A stretch of DNA of 64,000 nt from an uncultured Oligoflexus sp. (GTDB lineage Bacteria > Bdellovibrionota_B > Oligoflexia > Oligoflexales > Oligoflexaceae), in contig CAXSGP010000002.1 in assembly GCA_964236955.1 (NCBI GenBank), positions 56,038-120,037 on the forward strand. The letters are read 5' to 3'. Both the position numbers and the translations under genes were made by a program. The notes under the pieces are model-generated. The model ran no database searches. It was given only the letters and a program-made list of their open reading frames with translations, and was not told the origin of the DNA. Below are positions 29,584 to 39,658 of this stretch, piece by piece (position 1 is the first letter of the stretch; each line of letters starts with the position of its first letter).

Positions 29584-30786
29584 ATGGCTGTTAAGCAAAA
29601 ATACGATGTTATTTTTATCGGTGGCGGCTTGGCCGCAGGACTAGCGGCGATTCTTCTGCAAAACCGCATGCCACATCTTTCCCTGCTTATTCTTGAGTCG
29701 CGCGAACAGCCGCAAATGCCACAGACCTGGTCGTTTCAATCGTTACCGTCTAGCATTGACCCAAGCCTCCTAAAAGTATTTTCAAATGTCGGATCCTCCT
29801 GGCTAAAACCCTTCGTCTCCCAATCCTGGAGCGGCTATGAGGTCCGGTTTCCCCTCCTTCGAAAAAATCTGAACCTCTCCTATCACAGTATTCGCAGTTC
29901 GGATTTTTGGGCCTATCTGCGCGGCGAACTTGGTGATGCCTTGCGACTGGGGGCCAGGGTCGACACGGCGTCCGGCTCCAAAGTCAGGCTGATCAATGGC
30001 GAGATTTTGGAGGCCCATCAACTGATTGATAGCAGGGGATGGGCAGACCGCGCCTTTCCGGTGGCCGGCTATCAGAAATTTATTGGCCTTAACCTTAGTC
30101 TAAAAAAACCCCATGGCCTCAGCCGCCCGATTCTGATGGATGCCACGGTTCCTCAAACCGATGGCTTTCGCTTCATGTATACCCTGCCTTGGAGCGAACG
30201 CTCGCTCCTTATCGAGGATACGCATTACAGCAACACTTGTGATATCAACGTCAACGATTACCGGGACGCCATACTCGAATATGCAGCCGCTCAAACTTGG
30301 GAGGTCGACAGCATCGGCGAGATGGAGCAGGGTGCTCTGGCTTTGCCAAGCTTTAGCAAAGGCCGCGTTTTTGCTCCTAAACCCGCTCCGGATGTTCCGC
30401 AAATTGGCACGCGGGGCGGCCTCTTTCACGCCACTACCGGCTATTCGATCTACGACGCTGTCTTGGGTGCGGAAGCCCTCTGGCAAAGCTATGAACGATC
30501 GCCGGCCCAGGTCAGCTCTCAACTTAGCAGCTATAGTCTCCGACGCTGGGACGCTCAGGAATTTTATCGGCGCCTCAATAATATGCTTTTTTTTGCTGCG
30601 GCTCCTGCCGAACGTTATCGGGTTTTGGAACGTTTCTATGGGCATGATGATGATCTTATTTCCCGTTTTTACGCCGGCAAGACCAGCGTTCAGGACAAGA
30701 TTCGTATTATGACGGGGAAACCTCCTATTGCCATGAGACAGGCCCTCTTTCATTTTTTCAATCGCAGCGAGGTGCGGCATGGATAG
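29584..30786 (+). CDS. crtY: Lycopene beta-cyclase
   Basis: GGGLAAG FAD motif, TWSF, GYQKFIG, PILMDATVPQTDGFRFMYTLP, EDTHYS, FHATTGYS, RFYAG, GKPP. Confidence 0.92.
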   Translation: MAVKQKYDVIFIGGGLAAGLAAILLQNRMPHLSLLILESREQPQMPQTWSFQSLPSSIDPSLLKVFSNVGSSWLKPFVSQSWSGYEVRFPLLRKNLNLSYHSIRSSDFWAYLRGELGDALRLGARVDTASGSKVRLINGEILEAHQLIDSRGWADRAFPVAGYQKFIGLNLSLKKPHGLSRPILMDATVPQTDGFRFMYTLPWSERSLLIEDTHYSNTCDINVNDYRDAILEYAAAQTWEVDSIGEMEQGALALPSFSKGRVFAPKPAPDVPQIGTRGGLFHATTGYSIYDAVLGAEALWQSYERSPAQVSSQLSSYSLRRWDAQEFYRRLNNMLFFAAAPAERYRVLERFYGHDDDLISRFYAGKTSVQDKIRIMTGKPPIAMRQALFHFFNRSEVRHG

Positions 30787-31861
30787 CGTCAGCCATCGGT
30801 ACGGTGCGGATACGTTTGCGCAAGCGGCGGTTCCGGCTTCGGTCAAGATTTCAAGGCCAGAGAGAGAGAGCCTGGCAGTTGAGGCGCCTTCAACCTCAAA
30901 TAGTTTTGCCAGTGTGGAGAGCCCGCGTGTAAAAGCGCTCCTTGCCGAACTTTTGATGCAGCCAACCCTGGAGTTAAAAGAGCGACCCAGCCACCAGTTC
31001 CGTGCTCATCTGGTGAATATAGGTGCCGAACTTTTCAGTCCAAACGTCGACCGCCTCCTGCGCAAAGACCAGCTTCGCCTTGGTTCGGAAGCCATCGAAT
31101 TTCTCCATCTGGGCTCTCTTATTGTCGATGACATTCAAGATGGCAGCCGGGTGAGGCGCCATGGCCCTTCGCTCCATGAAAAGCTCGGCATGCCTCATGC
31201 CCTAAGCGTGGGCAATTGGCTTTATTTTCGCGCTCTTCGCTTACTTGACAAGCTTGATCTCGACCTCGAGCGCAGACAACTTTTAAATAATGAATGGCAT
31301 GAAGCCATGGAACATGCCCACTATGGCCAGATTATGGATCTTTCCCTTTCTGTGCAGCAGCTCCCACTCGCCCATCTCGTCGACGTCTGCAAGCACTGCG
31401 CGCTTTATAAAACGGGTTCGATTACAGCGTTGGCGATAGGCATGGGCGCTTTGCTTCAAGGCGCCACGATCAAGCAGCTGCAGGCCATCAAAAAACTGGG
31501 CACAGCACTGGGGATCTATCTGCAGCAACTCAATGATATTGGCAACATTATAGGCGAATGCGATGTCGAAAAACGGTTTGAGGATCTGCTTGCCTATAAA
31601 CCCTCTTTTATCTGGAGTTTCACGCTGGAGCGTTTTGGGGCCCGCAGTCTCGATCAGCTTTTTCAGGCCACCCGGCAGCTACCCCAAGCAACCGCCGGAC
31701 TCGAGGACTGGATCGCGCGGCATGATCTGCAGAAAAATGCCGGGGTCCACGCGGAAGACATGTTTTTAAAAGCCCTGGATGAATTTCAAATCAATTATCC
31801 CGGATGTGATCTCACGAAACTCATCAATCTGCAGTACAGGATAAAATCAGCATATGCATAA
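30779..31861 (+). CDS. crtE: Polyprenyl (geranylgeranyl) diphosphate synthase
   Basis: LHLGSLIVDDIQDGSRVRR first aspartate-rich motif, GQIMDL, YKT; second motif degenerate (NDIGN); carotenoid operon context. Confidence 0.78.
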   Translation: MDSVSHRYGADTFAQAAVPASVKISRPERESLAVEAPSTSNSFASVESPRVKALLAELLMQPTLELKERPSHQFRAHLVNIGAELFSPNVDRLLRKDQLRLGSEAIEFLHLGSLIVDDIQDGSRVRRHGPSLHEKLGMPHALSVGNWLYFRALRLLDKLDLDLERRQLLNNEWHEAMEHAHYGQIMDLSLSVQQLPLAHLVDVCKHCALYKTGSITALAIGMGALLQGATIKQLQAIKKLGTALGIYLQQLNDIGNIIGECDVEKRFEDLLAYKPSFIWSFTLERFGARSLDQLFQATRQLPQATAGLEDWIARHDLQKNAGVHAEDMFLKALDEFQINYPGCDLTKLINLQYRIKSAYA

Positions 31862-33353
31862 AGACCGGAATGCGGACGATAAAACAGCCATCGTCATTGG
31901 CAGCGGATTCGGTGGTCTGGCAGCAGCGATCCGCCTGCAAGCGCAAGGTTTTAGGACCCAGATTCTGGAGTCCCGCGATAAGCCGGGTGGCCGCGCCTAT
32001 GTCTATCAGGAGAAAGGTTTTACTTTTGACGCCGGGCCTACCGTGATCACTGTGCCGCAGTGTCTGGAGGAGCTCTTTGAACTTGCCGGCAAACACATGT
32101 CGGACTATATCGAATTGCTTGAGGTCCAACCCTTTTACCGCTTGTTTTGGGAAGATGGCACGGTCTTTAACTATTCCAATCAGGAAGCCGACCTACTGAC
32201 CCAAATAGGCAAACGCGAGCCGCGCGACGTTCAAGGTTATCAGGATTATCTCGAATACGCGGAAAAAGTCTATAGAGAAGGCTATGAAAAATTGGGACAG
32301 GTTCCCTTCCTCAGGTTTTGGGATATGGTCAAAGCCACACCGCAGCTTGTCAAACTCAACGCCCAACGTTCCGTCTATTCCACGATCAGCAAATATATCA
32401 AAGACGAAAAGACGCGCCAGGCGCTTAGTTTTAACAGTTTGCTCATCGGCGGCAATCCCTTCGAAATCTCTTCCGTTTACACCTTGATTCATCCCCTGGA
32501 AAAAAAATTCGGCGTGCATTTTCCCAAAGGCGGCACCCATGCGCTGATACGGGCAATGGTCAAGGTTTTTGAGGATATCGGCGGCAGCATCCGCTGCAGC
32601 ACCCCCGTCGAACGCATCGTAACCCATTCAGGCCAGGCCATTGGCGTAAGAATCGCCGAAGGCTTTTTGCCGGCAAAAATCGTCATCAGCAATGCCGATG
32701 TCCATCACACCTATACCAAGCTCCTTCAGGACGAACCGCTCGCCAAACGTGCGCGTAAGGCCATGGATAAAAAAGATTATTCAATGTCGCTCTTTGTCAT
32801 CTATTTTGGTGCAAGCAAACGCTTCGATAATCTCAGCCATCACAACATCATGTTTGGCGAACGCTACCAGGGCCTTTTGAACGACATCTTCAAAACCGGT
32901 GAATTGTCTGATGACTTTTCCATCTACCTCCACGCACCTTCGGCCACCGACCCTAGCCTCGCACCCGAGGGTCACTATGCCTACTACGCTCTGGCTCCTG
33001 TACCCAATTTAAAAATATCCGATGTCAACTGGGAGGAGGAAGCGCCACGCTACTGCGAACGCATCCTCACCTATCTCGACGAGCATTATATGCCAGGCAT
33101 CAAAGAATCGATCGTGATCAAAAAATGGTTTTCGCCGCAGGATTTTGTCAGTGAACTCAACGCTGTCCATGGCGCGGCTTTTTCCCTGACACCGACCCTT
33201 CGACAAAGCGCCTTTTTTAGGGTGCACAATAGGGACGACGCTATCAGAGGGCTCTACTTTGTTGGGGCCGGAACCCATCCGGGCGCTGGGATTCCGGGAG
33301 TGGTGGGTTCAGCAAAAGCCACATGCTCAGTGATTGAGGCGGATTTCACATAA
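31854..33353 (+). CDS. crtI: Phytoene desaturase
   Basis: VIGSGFGGLAAAIRL, FDAGPTVIT, IGGNPF, PKGG, DPSLAP, GAGTHPGAGIPGV. Confidence 0.96.
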   Translation: MHKDRNADDKTAIVIGSGFGGLAAAIRLQAQGFRTQILESRDKPGGRAYVYQEKGFTFDAGPTVITVPQCLEELFELAGKHMSDYIELLEVQPFYRLFWEDGTVFNYSNQEADLLTQIGKREPRDVQGYQDYLEYAEKVYREGYEKLGQVPFLRFWDMVKATPQLVKLNAQRSVYSTISKYIKDEKTRQALSFNSLLIGGNPFEISSVYTLIHPLEKKFGVHFPKGGTHALIRAMVKVFEDIGGSIRCSTPVERIVTHSGQAIGVRIAEGFLPAKIVISNADVHHTYTKLLQDEPLAKRARKAMDKKDYSMSLFVIYFGASKRFDNLSHHNIMFGERYQGLLNDIFKTGELSDDFSIYLHAPSATDPSLAPEGHYAYYALAPVPNLKISDVNWEEEAPRYCERILTYLDEHYMPGIKESIVIKKWFSPQDFVSELNAVHGAAFSLTPTLRQSAFFRVHNRDDAIRGLYFVGAGTHPGAGIPGVVGSAKATCSVIEADFT

Positions 33354-33369
33354 AACCTTGAGGTGATTT

Positions 33370-34248
33370 CTGGATACCCAGACCTACAGTTATAACGTGA
33401 TAAGAAAAGGCTCCTTGAGTTTTTCTTTCGCGTCAAAGCTTTTTGAATCGCAGATCCGCGACCGCGTCGTGCGACTCTACGCCTGGTGCCGTTACGTTGA
33501 CGATCAGATCGACAATGAATCGGACCCTCTAGAGCTGCGGGAGCAGACGCTAAGGCTCCTTGCCAAACAAAGTTTTGACCCTATAGTATCAGCGGATATT
33601 CCGCCGGCCATTCGTGCGTTTCGCGAACTCCGCACTGAGATAGACCTACCGACTGAACATGCCGCCGATCTACTCAAGGGCATGGCGATGGATCTGGGTA
33701 GGCAGCGTTATCAAAGTTTAGAGGATCTTGAGGTCTATTGCTATCGAGTCGCTGGCGTCGTGGGCCTGATGATGAGCCATCTCATGAAGGTGCATGACGT
33801 CCGAGCCTATCAGCATGCCATCGATCTCGGTCTGGCGATGCAGCTCACCAATATTTGCCGTGATGTTGCTGAAGACGCCAGGATGGGCCGCATCTATCTC
33901 CCCGAACAATGGCTGCAGCATGCCAATCTCTTGGCCGAGCCCGAGCAGTTACTTAGGCCCGAAAGCAAAAAAGCCATCATTCCCATCGTCCGCATGCTCC
34001 TGACGCGGGCTGATGGACTCTACCGAAGCGGTGATCAAGGTCTAAAGTACTTGCCCCTTCGCTGTGCCCTGGCCGTAGGGATAGCTCGCGAAGTGTATGC
34101 GGCTATCGGCCATGAGATCCTCAGGCGAGGCGAGCAGGCCTGGGACAATCGCACCTGGATCCCTTTCCCTAAAAAGCTCATGCTGGGCATCAAAGGCTTG
34201 GCCAAGGTGTTTGCCACTCTTCCTTATCGTTGCAGCCAAAGGAGCTAA
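33370..34248 (+). CDS. crtB: Phytoene synthase
   Basis: GSLSF, LYAWCRYVDD, YCYRVAGVVG, MQLTNICRDVAEDA, GRIYLP. Start is either GTG 33397 or CTG 33370 (GAGGTG SD upstream). Confidence 0.93.
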   Translation: MDTQTYSYNVIRKGSLSFSFASKLFESQIRDRVVRLYAWCRYVDDQIDNESDPLELREQTLRLLAKQSFDPIVSADIPPAIRAFRELRTEIDLPTEHAADLLKGMAMDLGRQRYQSLEDLEVYCYRVAGVVGLMMSHLMKVHDVRAYQHAIDLGLAMQLTNICRDVAEDARMGRIYLPEQWLQHANLLAEPEQLLRPESKKAIIPIVRMLLTRADGLYRSGDQGLKYLPLRCALAVGIAREVYAAIGHEILRRGEQAWDNRTWIPFPKKLMLGIKGLAKVFATLPYRCSQRS

Positions 34249-34249
34249 G

Positions 34250-34879
34250 ATGCCCACCCAAGCAAAAGTCGAAACAGAGGCAAACGCCTTCTCTCAACAG
34301 CATGCCTCCCTTGTGCAAGAGGCCAAAAATTATGTTTTGAATATCCGAAGCTTTGAAGGCGAGGATTGGCTTCGCTATGCTACTTGGATGGCGACGATTG
34401 GCAGCCTTTTCTTCGGCATTTCCTCGTTTCTCCTTCTCGGCCTTGGCCATGCCGTGCAGTATCCAGGCTACGTCTGGTTCATCCCGGGCGGCACGTTCCT
34501 CTTTGTCGTTGCCCTTGCCTTTGACGATATCGGCCATCGCACGCTTTATAAACTTGACCTTAAGGCCGGGGAAGGACATGTCCATCAGATGATCATTGTC
34601 ACGGCCGTATCAAGCGTCATGGCGCTCTGTCTTTGTTATGAGCATGCCGTGACCTTTTCCGTTCCGGCTATGGCCTTGATTGCGCTCTCGCTCTTTTATA
34701 GCGCCATCGATGAAGCTCTGCACTGGCACCGCTATCTCAGCCGCGGCCTCGATCGCATTGAAATGTGGAGTCACTTTGTGGCAATTCTTGGCCATGTGCT
34801 GATGATCTCGTGTTGGTGGCACTGGTATAAGGAAGGTTATCCTGGAGTTTCCGAAACCCTTAAACACCTTCCTTTTTGA
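34250..34879 (+). CDS. Uncharacterised His/Glu-rich integral membrane protein in carotenoid operon
   Basis: AAGGAG SD, ATG 1 nt after the crtB stop, about 5 TM helices, motifs DDIGH..EGHVH and DEALH..EMWSH. Confidence 0.75.
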   Translation: MPTQAKVETEANAFSQQHASLVQEAKNYVLNIRSFEGEDWLRYATWMATIGSLFFGISSFLLLGLGHAVQYPGYVWFIPGGTFLFVVALAFDDIGHRTLYKLDLKAGEGHVHQMIIVTAVSSVMALCLCYEHAVTFSVPAMALIALSLFYSAIDEALHWHRYLSRGLDRIEMWSHFVAILGHVLMISCWWHWYKEGYPGVSETLKHLPF

Positions 34880-34886
34880 GAAGACC

Positions 34887-35957
34887 ATGATCTCGATTGT
34901 TTTAGCACTATCAGGCTTGATCCTACTTGCCTATCGGCTCTGGCCCAGGCTCACACAGCCTTTGACTGGGGGCGAATTCTCGCTACCAAAGGTTTCCATT
35001 ATTGTGCCAGCCCGCAACGAAGAGCAGCATCTTCCCGAGCTTCTTGACTCGCTGACCCGGATTGACTATCCGGACTTTGAGATCATTGTTGTCGACGACC
35101 GATCCACTGACGGATCGATTGCTCTGATCAAAAAATATCCTGTGCAGCTTATTGTCGGCACGGAACGGCCCGAGGGCTGGATCGGCAAGCCCTGGGCTTG
35201 TCACCAGGCCAGTCTAAAGGCTGCGGGCGATCTTTTGCTCTTTACGGACGCTGACACCCGCCATCACCCTGCAAGCCTTCAGATCGCTGTAAAGGCCCTT
35301 CAAAAGAATAAGGCCCACGGTCTCACCGCACTCCCCTATCATAGTAATCCCAAGCTTTGGGAACGCCTCCTCGGCCCCTTTCATCTCCTCCTCATAGCCT
35401 TGACGAATCCCTATGGCAAACCTCAAAAAGGCCGGGTCTTTGCTATCGGTCAATACCTTCTGTTTCATCGCGATTTTTATCTGCGGATCGGTGGTCATCA
35501 AGCGATCAAAGATGACAATATCGATGATCTGGCTTTGGCGGGACGAACACTCGCTGCTGGCGGTACCTGGCATGTGCATACGGGCGCCAGTCTTTATAAG
35601 GTGCGAATGTATGAAAGTCTCAGTGCCTTTATCAAAGGCTGGCGCCGCAATTTTCGCGGCGGTATGCGCCACAACTCAGCCTTAAGCTCCTGCGAGGTTT
35701 TCCTTTTTTTTATGGCGATGACCGTAGGCTTACAAGGCCACACCCCTAGCCTTGTCATCAGCGGCCTCACCTTCACGCTGCTGGCCCTGACGCAAATGAA
35801 GCTGGGTCGGTTTTCTGCAGCCGGCATCCTGCTGCTTCCCTATTCGATCATCCTCTTTACCTGGATCAGTCTGCTGGCCGTCTACGATCGGATCCTGACA
35901 AAGCCGCTGCACTGGAAAAACCGCAGCTACCTTGCCACTTATCGAAAAGCGCCTTAG
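34887..35957 (+). CDS. Family 2 glycosyltransferase (CrtQ/CruG-like carotenoid glycosyltransferase)
   Basis: IVPARNEE, VVDDRSTD, PEGWIGKPWAC, FTDADT, DDLALA, RMY, HWKNR; last gene of the crt operon. Confidence 0.85.
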   Translation: MISIVLALSGLILLAYRLWPRLTQPLTGGEFSLPKVSIIVPARNEEQHLPELLDSLTRIDYPDFEIIVVDDRSTDGSIALIKKYPVQLIVGTERPEGWIGKPWACHQASLKAAGDLLLFTDADTRHHPASLQIAVKALQKNKAHGLTALPYHSNPKLWERLLGPFHLLLIALTNPYGKPQKGRVFAIGQYLLFHRDFYLRIGGHQAIKDDNIDDLALAGRTLAAGGTWHVHTGASLYKVRMYESLSAFIKGWRRNFRGGMRHNSALSSCEVFLFFMAMTVGLQGHTPSLVISGLTFTLLALTQMKLGRFSAAGILLLPYSIILFTWISLLAVYDRILTKPLHWKNRSYLATYRKAP

Positions 35958-36147
35958 GGGGGGGAGTGGCTGCTCGGCGAGGCATTTCTTTCGGTCCGCT
36001 TTTTCGAATGCTTTCATTCTCCACTAGCAGAAAAATCAAACCCACCAAAGGAGCGGCTGCGGAGCGAAGCCAAAGGCCGTATTCAAAAGCATGAAAAAAT
36101 CAATGGGCAGACGAAGGAAACCAGCCCATGATCTTAAAGCGTCAGGC

Positions 36148-37776
36148 TCAGTGAAAGTGCGCGTAGGAACGATTCACGGTGTGATCAATAATGACACCGA
36201 CGAGGCGCTTGACGTCCACCGGCTTGGTCAGATGCTCGTTGCAGCCGACTGCTATGGATTTGGCTCTTTCATCCTTCATAGCGTGCGCGGAAAGGGCAAC
36301 GATCGACCCTTTATATCCCATTTGGCGAAGCTGCGAGGTGGCTCCATAACCATCGAGAAGGGGCATCTGCACATCCATAAGAATAATATCATAATGCCGT
36401 GACATAGCCTCTTTAATGGCCTCCTCACCATTCTCAGCGATGCGCACTGTTGCCCCTCGCCGCGTTAGAATGCGGCGAATCAGCAATTGGTTATCCGGCG
36501 CATCTTCGGCGACTAGGATCTCAAGACCTTCGAGTTCGAGCGTGATTTCAACTTTCACATGGCTTTTGGTTGCGCATCGCTGCATCGCTTCGATGGCCGG
36601 CGCTCCCCCCGGCCCTTCGCTCTCGATGCTGATGACAAAGCTACTGCCCTTGCCAAGGGCGCTCGTTGCCAGCTCGATGTCACCACCGAGCGCACGGGCG
36701 AGTCGCCTGGACAGAAACAGGCCTAGGCCGGTCCCTCCATAGCTACGCGTCGTTGAACTGTCGGCCTGATTAAATGCTTCAAACAGGCGCTTCTGCTCGC
36801 TGGGGGAAATGCCCCGCCCGGTATCGGTCACAGTCAGTTGCAGCTGAGCCGGCTTTAAGCCCGTGCCGCAAAAATGGCGGGCAGCCACGGTAACTGTTCC
36901 TTCCTGTGTAAATTTCAAGGCATTGCCGATAATATTTTTTAGGATCTGCCGCAGCCGAGTCGGATCAGTCTGAATGGTCGCCGGTATCGCCTTGTCCATT
37001 GTAAACGTAAGCTGAACGTTGCGACGGCGCGCTTGCTCGGTAAACGAGTGACAGGTCTCATTAAGAAGCTCAGCCAGCGGCGTGGGAATAATCTCAATAT
37101 CGAGTTTGCCGGCTTCAACTTTTGAAAGATCCAGAAGTTCATCGATAAGCTTGCTCAGATCCTGGCCGTTGCGTTTTATCGTCTGCAGATAAAGCATGCT
37201 CTCATCATTGACTGGAATTTCGTTGGCTATAAGTTCACTAAAGCCTAGGATAATCCCCAGCGGTGTGCGAATTTCATGACTCATATTGGCCAAAAAAGCG
37301 CTTTTGGTCCGGTTGGCGGCCTCAGCCTCAAAACGCGAACGTTCGAGATCAGAAAGCAGGTCGCGAACCTGATACTGACGGCGTCGCGCCGCGACAGCAG
37401 CCTGCAGACTGCTGACCAGAGTCACGATCCGCAGCGGACGCTCAAGAATGGTCACGTTTCTAAGCAAGGCATGCAGCAGGGAAATTATTTGAGCCGATTG
37501 CGCGGCACCCGTAAGCACGACGAAGGGCAGGTCGGACCAGGCAGGTTGATTGTTGACAAAGTCCCGGAGACAATCGGCCTGTCCTGAAATCATCTCGATG
37601 GCGATTAATACCGCGCTGGCATTTTCGGCCATAAGTCTGCAAAGCTCTTTAACACTTTCACACGTCACCGCCTCGAGCCCGGCTTCCTGAAGTATGCTGA
37701 CGGTCAGCGCATTGTCTTTCACAAGACTCGAGCAAACCAGGATCCGCTTGCCAGCATCGGCTTCAGCGACTTTCAT
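36148..37776 (-). CDS. Hybrid sensor histidine kinase/response regulator
   Basis: SHEIRTPL H-box, N/G1/F/G2 boxes, C-terminal receiver (AED, MDVQMP, KP); N-terminal degenerate receiver; overlaps the kaiC-like stop. Confidence 0.92.
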   Translation of the reverse strand: MKVAEADAGKRILVCSSLVKDNALTVSILQEAGLEAVTCESVKELCRLMAENASAVLIAIEMISGQADCLRDFVNNQPAWSDLPFVVLTGAAQSAQIISLLHALLRNVTILERPLRIVTLVSSLQAAVAARRRQYQVRDLLSDLERSRFEAEAANRTKSAFLANMSHEIRTPLGIILGFSELIANEIPVNDESMLYLQTIKRNGQDLSKLIDELLDLSKVEAGKLDIEIIPTPLAELLNETCHSFTEQARRRNVQLTFTMDKAIPATIQTDPTRLRQILKNIIGNALKFTQEGTVTVAARHFCGTGLKPAQLQLTVTDTGRGISPSEQKRLFEAFNQADSSTTRSYGGTGLGLFLSRRLARALGGDIELATSALGKGSSFVISIESEGPGGAPAIEAMQRCATKSHVKVEITLELEGLEILVAEDAPDNQLLIRRILTRRGATVRIAENGEEAIKEAMSRHYDIILMDVQMPLLDGYGATSQLRQMGYKGSIVALSAHAMKDERAKSIAVGCNEHLTKPVDVKRLVGVIIDHTVNRSYAHFH

Positions 37777-39277
37777 ATTGACCTTTCATAAGATGCTCGG
37801 GATGGCCGATGAAAATTGGGTTTCCCCCCAGGATGCCGGTGAAATTGACGAGTGGTTTGCCAACGTGCACACCCTGGCTGTTGAGACTCATCTCACGAAT
37901 CGCATGCTCGTGTGCCCCCGACCTTTTTTTCAGGACTGAAATAGCCTTTCGCGCCTCCCCGCCGGCTTCAAAGTAGCGAAGTAGGACCACGTTGTCAGCA
38001 ATATAACTGACATCGAATGCGCCTGTGTTCAAAGTCTCGCCGATCAGGCCATGTTGAACAAGGATCAAAAAGGAAGCAACACCCATTTGATTTAAATAGG
38101 TCAAAAGCTCGTGCAAATGCAGGATCAAATATTTTTCCGCCGGCATCGCGTGCATATAGCCGGAAATACTATCTATCACCACTATTTTAGCGCCAAACGC
38201 TTCCACTGATTCGCGGACCAGGTGAGTAAATTCGCCCGGAGAAAGCTCGGCAGGGTCTATTTGCTTGAGTTTTAGCAGGCCTTTATCCATGAGGCTTTGC
38301 ACCTCAAATCCAAGGCCACGGGAACGCTCGATATAGGTTCGCTCGTTTTCATCAAAAAGAAAGATGACAGCCTTTCGCCCCTGCCGGGCGGCAGCGATAG
38401 CAAAGCTTTCAGCAACGCTGGACTTGCCAGATCCAGCAGGACCTAAAATCAGGGTGCTGCTGCCGAGGGTAATGCCGCCGCCGACCAGCGAATCCAGTTC
38501 CTGGCTGCCACTGGCAACGGGAACGCTTGCAAAATCTTCCTTATGCCGGGCCGCGCGCAGCATGGGAAAGACGTTGATGCCGCCTGTTTCAATCGTAAAA
38601 TCATGATAGCCGCTTCGAAATTTCACACCGCGCAGTTTGGCGATTCGGCAACGCCGTCGCTCCGTACCATATTCGGGCGCCAACTGTTCGAGACATAAGA
38701 CGCCATGGGCGATACTCTGGGGCTGAAGATCGGCCTGATTCGAGGTCAGATCATCAAGCACAAGCACGGTCGAGCCGCGGCTGGTGAAGAACTGTTTTAG
38801 TCCCAGAACCTGGCGTCGATAGCGCAAGGGATCCCGCGCCAGTAGCCGCATTTCGGATAGAGAATCAAAGACGATGCGGACGGGACGAACCCGATCCACT
38901 TCGGCTAGCAGCGATTGTGTGGTCTGGCCCAATTCCACTTCGGAAGGATGAAAGAAGGTATATTGGCCATCTGGTAAAACCGCCTCTTCGGGCGCTACCA
39001 TTTCAAACAGAGACAGGTTATCGATCTTCCAACCATGGGAACGGGCAACCTCAAGGAGTTCGTCCTTTGACTCTGAGAGGGTCACGTAAAGACCTGACTG
39101 ACCCTCCTTTAAACCTTCCATTAAAAACTGCATGGCAAGCGTGGTCTTGCCGGAGCCAGGGTGTCCCTCGACTAAATAAAAATGACCGACTGGTAAGCCA
39201 CCACAGAGAATTTCGTCCAAGCCTGCGATGCCGGTTTTTGCAAGCCCATTTGCTGGATCCGATAATTCTTTAGCCAT
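37763..39277 (-). CDS. kaiC: KaiC-like double RecA-fold ATPase
   Basis: Two P-loops (GHPGSGKT, GPAGSGKS), DPAELSPGEF, DVSYIADNVVLLRYFE; GGAGG SD before ATG 39277. Confidence 0.88.
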   Translation of the reverse strand: MAKELSDPANGLAKTGIAGLDEILCGGLPVGHFYLVEGHPGSGKTTLAMQFLMEGLKEGQSGLYVTLSESKDELLEVARSHGWKIDNLSLFEMVAPEEAVLPDGQYTFFHPSEVELGQTTQSLLAEVDRVRPVRIVFDSLSEMRLLARDPLRYRRQVLGLKQFFTSRGSTVLVLDDLTSNQADLQPQSIAHGVLCLEQLAPEYGTERRRCRIAKLRGVKFRSGYHDFTIETGGINVFPMLRAARHKEDFASVPVASGSQELDSLVGGGITLGSSTLILGPAGSGKSSVAESFAIAAARQGRKAVIFLFDENERTYIERSRGLGFEVQSLMDKGLLKLKQIDPAELSPGEFTHLVRESVEAFGAKIVVIDSISGYMHAMPAEKYLILHLHELLTYLNQMGVASFLILVQHGLIGETLNTGAFDVSYIADNVVLLRYFEAGGEARKAISVLKKRSGAHEHAIREMSLNSQGVHVGKPLVNFTGILGGNPIFIGHPEHLMKGQYESR

Positions 39278-39658
39278 GTAAATGCCCTCCGGCTGCTTAG
39301 GAAGCGGAACGGATCCTGTCGCAGATTCGACTGTGAATACCATTGAGAGAAAGAAAAATTTCGAATTTTAAAACCCCAATTCCAATCATCAAATTAAAGG
39401 AAGGGGAGACGCGCCGCAGAAATATCAGCCCAGGCTGAAGCAGCTCATAAGACTCCATCCAAAAAGTCGAGTCGATAAGTCAGACGCCAAGGGATGCCGC
39501 TGCATAATTTGCAATAACTGTTCCGTTGGCAGCAAACCTATAATTGCTGGTTCAGCCTTAAGTCCGATCGCCTTAACACTTAAGGGGGACAGGGTTGCTG
39601 TATTCGTATAAGGGCAGCATAAGATTCCATGTATCAAAAATAATACAGCTTGATCGAT

